Assembly: GCA_044344255.1 (NCBI GenBank)
Contig: JBIJDH010000013.1
Location: forward strand, 32,001-96,000
DNA from: Myxococcota bacterium
GTDB taxonomy: Bacteria; Myxococcota_A; UBA796; UBA2385
Direction of reading: 5' to 3'
DNA: 64,000 nucleotides
The translations under genes were made by a program, and so were the position numbers. Each line of letters starts with the position of its first letter. Position 1 is the first letter of the stretch. Of the stretch, positions 29,646 through 37,323 are shown piece by piece. The notes under the pieces are model-generated. The model had not been told where the DNA came from and searched no databases. It was given only the letters and a program-made list of their open reading frames with translations.

Positions 29646-31639
29646 GCCTGTACCGGGTCGAGCGCCGCGGGGGCCTGCGGGGAGAGCTGAGGGTCCCCGG
29701 AGACAAGTCGATCTCGCACCGCGCCCTGCTGCTGAACGGCGTCGCGCACGGCCACGCCCGGGTGGGCGGCCTGCTCGACGCCGGCGACGTGCGCTCGACG
29801 GCGCGCTGCCTCCGCCTGCTCGGCGTCTCGATCGAGCGAGACGGCGGCGACGTCGTGGTCGAGGGCCGGGCCATGCGCCTGCTCGAGCCCCAGGACGTGC
29901 TCGACTGTGGAAACTCGGGCACGAGCATCCGCCTGCTCTCGGGCGTGCTGGCCGGCCAGCCCTTCCTGAGCGTGCTCACCGGCGACGCCTCCCTCCGCGG
30001 GCGGCCGATGCGCCGGGTGCTCGATCCCCTGCGCAGCATGGGGGCCCGCGTGGACGGGCGAGGGGAGGGGAGCCTCGCCCCGCTGGCGATCCGCGGCGGC
30101 GGCCTCCAGAACCGCGCTCACACGCTGCCCATCGCCTCGGCCCAGGTCAAGAGCGCGCTGCTGCTCGCCGGCCTGCAAGGGGAGGGGGAGCTTGACCTCC
30201 GCGTCGACGTCTGCCGGGACCACACCGAGCGGATGCTGCTCGCCATGGGCGTGTCGCTGCAGATCGACGCCGGCGGTCTGCGGCTCCTCGGCCGCGTGGT
30301 GCCCGAGTCGGTCGATGTGGACGTGCCCGGCGACATCTCCTCTGCGGCCTTCTTCCTGGTCGCCGCCACCATCGTGCCGGACTCCGAGGTCATGCTGCGC
30401 GACGTCGGCCTCAACCCCACACGCGACGGCATCATCGAGGTGCTGCGCCGCATGGGCGCCGACATCCGGATCGAGGACCGGATCGAGGTGGCAGGCGAGG
30501 CCCGCGGTACGCTGATCGTGCGCTCGGCCGCGCTGCGAGGCGTCACCATCGAGGCCGCGCTGGTGCCACGGCTCATCGACGAGCTGCCCGTGCTGGCCGT
30601 CGCCGCGGCCATGGCCGAGGGCGAGACCATCGTGATGGGCGCCAGTGAGCTCCGCGTGAAGGAGTCCGACCGCATCCGCGCGACGGTCAGCCTGCTTCGG
30701 GCGCTCGGCGCCGAGGCCGACGAGCGCCCCGACGGCTTCGTGGTGCGCGGCGGCGGCTTCCGCAGCGGCGGCCAGATCGACGCCGACCAGGACCACCGCA
30801 TCGCCATGGCCGGGGCCGTAGCGGGCCTCGTGGCGCCGGGCCCCACCTACATCGACGGCTTCGAGGCGGTGGGGATCTCCTTCCCCACCTTCCCGAACCT
30901 GCTCGCCTCCCTGCAGGCCGCCGGCGCCGGACCGCGGCACCGCGCCCCGCATCGGGCGCCCCGCCCGCTGACCATCGCCATCGACGGCCCGGCCAGCTCC
31001 GGCAAGGGAACCGTCGCCCGCGCCGTCGCCCGCGCCCTCGGCTACGCCTACATCGACTCCGGGGCGATGTACCGCACGGTCGCGCTCCTCGCCGAAGAGA
31101 ACGGCGTCCCCTGGACCGACGCCTCCGCCCTCGGCACGCTCACCGCCTCGATCGACTTCCGCTTCCGCTGGGATGGGGACGCGCTGCGCGTCTCCGTGGG
31201 CGAGCGCGACGTCACCGAGGTGCTGCGCGCCGAGCACATCGGCAAGGGCGCCTCGGCGGTAGCGGTGCTGCCGGCCGTGCGCTCGGCCCTGCTCGGTCGC
31301 CAGCGGGCCCTCGGCGAGGCGGGGGGCGTGGTCATGGACGGCCGTGACATCGGCACCGTCGTGCTCCCCGACGCCGAGCTCAAGATCTTCCTCGACGCCC
31401 GCCCCGAAGAGCGGGCCCGACGCCGGCACGCCGAGCTCGTCGCCCGCGGGGTGGCCGTCGAGCTCCCGACCGTCCTCGCCGAGATCCGCGAGCGGGACGA
31501 GCGGGACAGCCAGCGGGCCACCGCGCCGCTCAAGAAGGCCGACGACGCCGAGGTCGTCGACTCCACCGGCCGCACGGTGGCCGAGGTCGTCGACCGCGCC
31601 CTCGAGCTCGCCCGGGCCCGCGGGGCGATCGCGCCTTGA
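29642..31639 (+). CDS. aroA: EPSP synthase fused to cytidylate kinase (AroA-Cmk)
   Basis: PGDKSISHR, GNSGT, ASAQVKS, ELRVKESDR, DHRIAM, then IAIDGPASSGKGT, DSGAMYR, DGRDIGTVV, ERDERD. Confidence 0.96.
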
Positions 31640-31832
31640 CGGGCGGCGTATCGCTCGGCTAAGCCCTGTCCCCTTCAAGCGAGCGCCTGGTCTCTTGGGC
31701 GCGCCGCCGGTCGGACCGCGAAGGGAACGCGGCCGGCCCGGCCGAGCAGGGATCTTCCTGCTCGGGCCAGCGAACCTTCCCCTCGCACTCCCCCCGCCGC
31801 CTCCTTTGGCGGCCCTGAGGCCCTTTCCACCC
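31640..31832 (+). promoter_or_regulatory. Structured 5' leader of rpsA with no obvious Shine-Dalgarno
   Basis: Hairpins including perfect ccgagcagg-gatctt-cctgctcgg; pyrimidine-rich tract before the ATG. Confidence 0.4.
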
Positions 31833-33575
31833 ATGTCCGACTCCAACCGCCCGGTCAACCTCGACTCGAACCTCGCCGACCTCGGCAACGACGACTTCAA
31901 GAGCTTCTTCGACCAGTACCTCTCCGACTCCGACATCCGTGAGCAGAGCGTCGTCACCGGCCGCGTCCTCAGCATCGAGGGTGATTGGGTCACGGTGGAC
32001 GTCGGATACAAGGCCGAAGGTGTCATCCCTGTCGCCGAGTTCATCGACGAGAACGGGAACCTGACGATCAAGGAAGGCGACGAGGTCCACGTCTTCCTCG
32101 ACCAGATGGGCGAAGAAGACGGCCAGCTCACGCTCTCCAAGCGGAAGGCCGACGAGATGAAGGCGTGGGAGGACATCTCCCAGGCCTACGAGAAGGATCA
32201 GGTCGTCACCGGCGCCGTCACGGGCCGCGTGAAGGGTGGTCTCTCGGTCGACATCGGCGTCAAGGCCTTCCTCCCCGGCTCCCAGGTCGACCTCCGCCCG
32301 GTCAAGAACCTCGAGAAGCTGGTCGGTGAGACCCTCGACTTCAAGATCATCAAGTTCAACAAGCGCCGCGGCAACATCGTGCTCAGCCGCCGCGTCCTCC
32401 TCGAGGAGGAGCGCCAGCTCAAGCGCCAGGAGACCCTGAAGGATCTCCAGGTCGGCGCCATCATGATCGGCCAGGTCAAGAACATCACCGACTACGGTGC
32501 CTTCATCGACCTCGGCGGCATCGACGGCCTCCTCCACATCACCGACATGACCTACGGCCGCATCAACCACCCCTCCGAGATGGTGGAGGTGGGCGCGAGC
32601 ATCGAGGTCAAGGTCCTCAAGTTTGACCCCGACAGCCAGCGCGTCAGCCTCGGCTACAAGCAGATCCGGCCCGATCCGTGGGACGAGGTCGATCTCCGCT
32701 ACCCCGTCGGCGCCATCGTCCGCGGCAAGGTCGTCTCGATGCCCGACTACGGCATCTTCGTGGAGCTCGAGGACGGCATCGAGGGCCTGGTCCACATCTC
32801 CGAGATGACCTGGAACAAGCGGATCAAGCACCCCTCCAAGCTCTGCAACGTCAACGACGTGGTCGAGGCCAAGGTCATCGGGGTGGACGTCGAGAACAAG
32901 CGCATCTCGCTCTCCATGAAGGAGCTCGAGAGCAACCCCTGGGATCTCGTCGAAGAGCGCTACCCCGTCGGCTCGATCGTGCGCGGCAAGGTCCGCAACA
33001 TCACCGACTTCGGCATCTTCGTCGGCATCGAGGAGGGCATCGACGGCCTCGTGCACATCTCTGACCTCTCCTGGTCGCAGCGCGTCAAGCACCCCTCGGA
33101 CATCTACAAGAAGGGGGACGACGTCGAAGCCAAGGTCCTCAAGATCGAGCGGGACGCCGAGCGCTTCAGCCTCGGCATCAAGCAGCTCTCCGAGGACCCC
33201 TGGTACAGCGTGCAGGGCCGCTACTTCCTCGGCCAGGTGGTCAAGGGCAAGGTCGTCTCCCGCACCGACTTCGGCATCTTCGTCGAGATCGAGCCGGGCG
33301 TCGAGGGCCTCGTGCACATGAGCGAGCTCGACGGCGGCGGCGACAGCGACTGGGGCACCCGCTACCCCGACGGCCGCGAGCTCCTCGTCGAGATCCGCCG
33401 CATCGACCAGTACGACCGGAAGATCAGCCTCTCCGAGAAGGGCGCCGTCGAGCGCTCCGAGGACGGCGGGTCGGTCGAGGAGTACATGGCGCGCCAGGGC
33501 GAGAGCTCGGCCCGCCTCGGCGATGTGCTGGGTGACCTCGGGCGTAAGCTCGGCGGCTACTCGGACCAGGGCTGA
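31833..33575 (+). CDS. rpsA: 30S ribosomal protein S1
   Basis: Six S1 repeats (AFLPGSQVD, DYGAFIDLGGIDGLLHITD, EGLVHISE, DGLVHISDLSW); follows cmk; strongly biased codons. Confidence 0.98.
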   Translation: MSDSNRPVNLDSNLADLGNDDFKSFFDQYLSDSDIREQSVVTGRVLSIEGDWVTVDVGYKAEGVIPVAEFIDENGNLTIKEGDEVHVFLDQMGEEDGQLTLSKRKADEMKAWEDISQAYEKDQVVTGAVTGRVKGGLSVDIGVKAFLPGSQVDLRPVKNLEKLVGETLDFKIIKFNKRRGNIVLSRRVLLEEERQLKRQETLKDLQVGAIMIGQVKNITDYGAFIDLGGIDGLLHITDMTYGRINHPSEMVEVGASIEVKVLKFDPDSQRVSLGYKQIRPDPWDEVDLRYPVGAIVRGKVVSMPDYGIFVELEDGIEGLVHISEMTWNKRIKHPSKLCNVNDVVEAKVIGVDVENKRISLSMKELESNPWDLVEERYPVGSIVRGKVRNITDFGIFVGIEEGIDGLVHISDLSWSQRVKHPSDIYKKGDDVEAKVLKIERDAERFSLGIKQLSEDPWYSVQGRYFLGQVVKGKVVSRTDFGIFVEIEPGVEGLVHMSELDGGGDSDWGTRYPDGRELLVEIRRIDQYDRKISLSEKGAVERSEDGGSVEEYMARQGESSARLGDVLGDLGRKLGGYSDQG

Positions 33576-33581
33576 TAAATC

Positions 33582-33893
33582 ATGTCCTGGACCCGCTGGA
33601 CAGCGCTGGTGATCGGGCTCCTCGTGATCCTGGTCGCGGTGATGTTCACGCTGCAAAACAGCGCGCGGGTCTCGGACCTCTCCCTCAACCTCGGGTTCGC
33701 CGCCTGGCACCTCCAGGCGCCGGCGCCGGTCCCTTGGTTGATGTGGGGAGCCCTCGGCCTCGGCCTGCTGCTCGGCGGCGGCTGGGGCTTCATCGGCCGC
33801 CTGAAGGACGGTCGCCGGCTCCGGGAGCTCGAGACCCGGGCCGCCCGCGCCGACGTCGGGGGCCGAGGAGGCGGGGGAGACGGCTGGACATGA
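33582..33893 (+). CDS. LapA family (LPS assembly protein A-like) small membrane protein
   Basis: TM-FTLQNS..V..L.L-TM-basic coiled tail; position downstream of rpsA. Confidence 0.7.
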   Translation: MSWTRWTALVIGLLVILVAVMFTLQNSARVSDLSLNLGFAAWHLQAPAPVPWLMWGALGLGLLLGGGWGFIGRLKDGRRLRELETRAARADVGGRGGGGDGWT

Positions 33894-34975
33894 GGGCGCT
33901 CCCCCTCGCGCCGCCCTCGCACCCCGCTCGCCGCCGCGCCGCCCGCGCCGTCCGGGTGATGGCCGTGCTCGCCCTCGCGGTCGCCTGTGAGTCTGAGCCC
34001 GTCGTGCCGCCGCAAGCGACGCCGAAGGGCCCGATCGATCCTGCCTTGACCCCCACCGTGCACCCGGTCGGCGAGGAGCAGCGGGCGCCCAAGCCGGTCG
34101 AGGACACCGTCCTCCTGGCGAACAACCCGAGCTGGGCCACGCTCAGCCCCGAGCTCCAGCAGCGGGTCATCCACACCGCCAACATGGTCACCGCGCCCTG
34201 CGCGCCCTGCGCCGAAGAGTCGCTCGCCCGCTGCCAGCAGCAGGCGGCCCCCGGCTGCGAGAACGTCCCGGCGCTGCTCGTCCGCCTCGGGGCGCTCGCC
34301 CCCCAGGGCCTGTCCGACCGCCAGCTCGAGCTCGCCGTGGCCTTCGGAGACGTCTGGATCCCCGAGATGGCGACCGGCAGCCCCGGCCTCGCCGCCGATC
34401 GGGTCGTGGTCCAGGCCTGGATCGACCCCGCCGGCCCCTCCCTCGTCGCCGCCGCCGAGACCGTCTCGAAGCTGCCCGCGGCGCAGACCGAGCTCCACCT
34501 CCACGTCGGCACCGACGAGGCCGGCGCGCCCGCCCAGGCCCTCGCCCGCGGCCTCGCCGCCGCCGACCTCCAGGGGCAAGGCCCGGCCTTCCTCGCCTGC
34601 CTCGCCGCCGCCCGGGCCACCCCTCGCGCCCCGCTGCCCGACGCCACCGTCGTCGCCCGGGGCTGCGCGGGCCTCGACGCCCCCCGCTGGGAGGCCGCCC
34701 TCGGCGGAGAGGCCGTCTCCGCGCGGCTCGCCGCCGATCAGGCCCTCCGCGCCCAGGTCGGCGTGCGCTCCTGGCCCACCTGGTTCCTCAACGGCTACCG
34801 CCTGCGCGGCCTCCAGTCCGACATCGCCATCGGCCGCATCCTCGGCCTGGAGCTGGACGACCTCCGCTGGTCGCCCACGAGCTCCGGCCGCCCCGGCGCG
34901 CCGGCCGCGTCGCCGCCTGCGTCGCCTGCGTCGCCTGCGTCGCTACCCGCGGCGGCGCCCGCCTCGCCTCGCTGA
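33890..34975 (+). CDS. Lipoprotein with a Cys-rich N-domain and a degenerate DsbA/thioredoxin-fold domain
   Basis: AVAC lipobox-like; APCAPCAEESLARC...GC; C-terminal GVRSWPTWFLNG..LRGLQ; CxxC position reads DPAGPS. Confidence 0.6.
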   Translation: MRALPLAPPSHPARRRAARAVRVMAVLALAVACESEPVVPPQATPKGPIDPALTPTVHPVGEEQRAPKPVEDTVLLANNPSWATLSPELQQRVIHTANMVTAPCAPCAEESLARCQQQAAPGCENVPALLVRLGALAPQGLSDRQLELAVAFGDVWIPEMATGSPGLAADRVVVQAWIDPAGPSLVAAAETVSKLPAAQTELHLHVGTDEAGAPAQALARGLAAADLQGQGPAFLACLAAARATPRAPLPDATVVARGCAGLDAPRWEAALGGEAVSARLAADQALRAQVGVRSWPTWFLNGYRLRGLQSDIAIGRILGLELDDLRWSPTSSGRPGAPAASPPASPASPASLPAAAPASPR

Positions 34976-35123
34976 GCTCGCCCCCAGGCCTCCGCCGATC
35001 GCGATCTCGCCGTGCTCGTCGTCCTGCGGGGGCAGCACAGCCTCGACACCCTCTTGTCGAGCTTGCTCATCCGCCCGCCCGGCAAGTTCGACAAGTCGGT
35101 GCGCGCGGTTGTCCGGGTCAGGG
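34974..35123 (+). pseudogene. Decayed duplicate of the 5' part of rsmB (matches 36190..36349)
   Basis: Direct DNA similarity, e.g. gagctcgcccccaggcctccgccga and cgacaagtcggtgcgcgcgg, with 1-nt and 9-nt deletions and many substitutions. Confidence 0.85.
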
Positions 35124-35173
35124 TCTTCGGCGGCCGAGGTGTACGTTGATGAACCTGCAACTGAACGTGGTCC

Positions 35174-35743
35174 ATGACTGAAGCCGAATTGTTCTGGGCC
35201 GGCTCGGCCTTCAAGCCACTGTGGGTGGACTCGCGGCCACAAAGAACGGCGGCCACAGCCGCTGACATCGAGCCGTTTGCACAACAGGTGGACCCGCTGG
35301 TCGCCACTTTCTGGCAACTCTACGGTTGGGGGCCGCTGCGAGACGGCTTCCTGGTTCTGGAAGCACCCGCCTTGCTTGCAGCCCGTTACGGCGCTTGGCC
35401 GATGCCGGCAGGGTCCATACCGCTGTTGCGCACCGCCTGGGGCCATCTGGTGCTAATGCGCAGTTCCAACAGTTGGCTGTTGGACCCGCTGTACGGGGGG
35501 GTGCACGACATGGGCTGCGACGCGGTGAACGTGCTGGACGCCCTTCTGGGCAGCCCCAGCTTTCTGAACGATGAGCTGCTGTTCGACATCTATACGGCCG
35601 CCATCCGTCGCATTGGCCGCACGCCCGGCCCGGAGGAGCTTGCCTGTTTCGTTCCCGCGTTGGCACTCGGTGGTGAGCGGCACGAAAGGCAGGTTGAACT
35701 ACGCGAGATGACAGTCACGCTGGACCTGATAGCCCAGCTTTGA
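35174..35743 (+). CDS. GAD-like / T6SS immunity Tdi1 (DUF1851) family protein, orphan
   Basis: YGWG...DGF, IPLLRTAWGHL and EELACFVPALALGG match the GAD-like/Tdi1 pattern; visibly lower GC and different codon use. Confidence 0.72.
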   Translation: MTEAELFWAGSAFKPLWVDSRPQRTAATAADIEPFAQQVDPLVATFWQLYGWGPLRDGFLVLEAPALLAARYGAWPMPAGSIPLLRTAWGHLVLMRSSNSWLLDPLYGGVHDMGCDAVNVLDALLGSPSFLNDELLFDIYTAAIRRIGRTPGPEELACFVPALALGGERHERQVELREMTVTLDLIAQL

Positions 35744-36102
35744 CTCTTTCCCAGCTGCGCCATGGAGCGGCCGCCCTTGTCATCGGCACAGGCACCCCGA
35801 AACACGGGGCAGTCGACACCTGCGCCTGGACGGCTCACGGCACGGCACCCGTGTTCGGTGCCGGCGCATGGCTGATCACTGCGCGCTCGCCGCCGCGTTC
35901 GCCGCCGCAGCGGTCGAGCGACGAGGCCGGCCTGGAGCGACGACGCGGCCTGATGGGTCCCGCCGCCGGACCCCGTTGCCTCCACCTCCTGGCTCTCCGT
36001 TGCACCGGACGATCTCGGCGCTTAGGCCGATGGCCTGCGGCCTCCGCTGCGGTCTTCCGGCGCCGGCGCATCGATCTCCGAGGCTTCATCAAGGAAGTGA
36101 AT

Positions 36103-37320
36103 TTGTCGTCTCTGAACCCGGGCCGCCTCGCCGCCGTGCGCGTCCTCATCGGCGTCGAAGACGGCGCCCACGCCGAGGACCTGCTGGGCGAGCTCGCCCC
36201 CCAGGCCTCCGCCGACCGCGGTCTCGCCTGGCACCTCGTGCTGGGGGTGCTGCGGCGCCAGGGCAGCCTCGATTGGCTCTTGTCGCCCTTGCTCAGCCGT
36301 CCGCTCGGCAAGCTCGACAAGTCGGTGCGCGCGGCCCTCCGGGTCGGGGCCTACGAGCTCGCCTTCTCCGGCACCGCTCGCCACGCCGCCGTCGATCAGG
36401 CCGTCGAGGCGGCGCGGGCCGCGGGCAGCCCGGGTGGGGCGGGGCTCGTGAATGCGGTCCTCCGGAAGGTCGATCCGGCGCGGCTCCCCGACGACCCGAC
36501 CCTCGATCTGCCCCCCTGGCTGGCCGAGCGCTGGCGGGGGATGGGCGAGGGCTCCCTGGCCTGGATCGCCCGCCTCCGCGAGGCGGCCCCCTTGAGCCTC
36601 GTCTGGCGGGGCGCGCCCGTCGCCGAGCTGGCCACCGCCCCCGCGCTCGCGGGCGGCGAGGTGGTGGAGGGGGCCGCGGTCCTCGTCGATCAGCACGGCC
36701 CGATCGAGGCCATGCCCGGCTTCCGCGAGGGGGCCTGGTGGGTGATGGACCCTGCGGCCGTGCGGGTCGCCGACCTCGGCTGGGAGGCCCTGGGACGGCC
36801 GACCGAGGGCTGGACGGCGCTGGACGCCTGCGCGGCGCCGGGCGGTAAGTCCTTCCGCCTCGCCACCCGCGGCGCCGCCGTGACGGCCGTGGACGCCCAG
36901 GCCCGCCGCTTGCAGAAGGTGGGTGAGGGCGCCCGCCGCCTCGGCCTGCCGGTGCAGGAGGCCGTCCACGACTGGCTCCGCGGCCCCTGCGCCACGCTCG
37001 GCCTCTATGATCTGGTGCTGGTGGACGCCCCCTGCACCGGCCTCGGCACCCTCCGCCGACACCCGGAGATCAAGTGGCGGCGCCTCCGCTCCGATCCCGC
37101 CGCGATGGCCATCCGGCAGGTCCCCATCCTGCAGGCCGCCGCCGCCCACGTGCGCCCGGGCGGGGTGGTCGTCTATGCGGTCTGCTCGCCCGAGCCCGAG
37201 GAGGGGATCCGGGTGGTGGAGGCGCTCCAGGGTTGGTCGATCGAGCGGAGCCTCCGCTTTGCCCCGCCGACGGGCGATGAGGATGCCTTCCAGGCCTTCC
37301 TCCTCCGCAAGGCCGGCTGA
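36103..37320 (+). CDS. rsmB: 16S rRNA m5C967 methyltransferase RsmB/Sun
   Basis: NusB-like N-domain (HAAVDQAV, GLVNAVLR), DACAAPGGKS, DAPCTGLGTLRRHPEIKW, YAVCS; AAGGA RBS before TTG 36103 (GTG 36097 is an alternative). Confidence 0.9.
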   Translation: MSSLNPGRLAAVRVLIGVEDGAHAEDLLGELAPQASADRGLAWHLVLGVLRRQGSLDWLLSPLLSRPLGKLDKSVRAALRVGAYELAFSGTARHAAVDQAVEAARAAGSPGGAGLVNAVLRKVDPARLPDDPTLDLPPWLAERWRGMGEGSLAWIARLREAAPLSLVWRGAPVAELATAPALAGGEVVEGAAVLVDQHGPIEAMPGFREGAWWVMDPAAVRVADLGWEALGRPTEGWTALDACAAPGGKSFRLATRGAAVTAVDAQARRLQKVGEGARRLGLPVQEAVHDWLRGPCATLGLYDLVLVDAPCTGLGTLRRHPEIKWRRLRSDPAAMAIRQVPILQAAAAHVRPGGVVVYAVCSPEPEEGIRVVEALQGWSIERSLRFAPPTGDEDAFQAFLLRKAG

Positions 37321-37323
37321 GCC

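Noticed and set aside
35744..36096. N-terminal extension of rsmB (ORF from 35740) or a separate gene
   Set aside because: No recognisable motifs; an RBS and the NusB-like domain begin near 36097-36103, so this is likely decayed insert DNA
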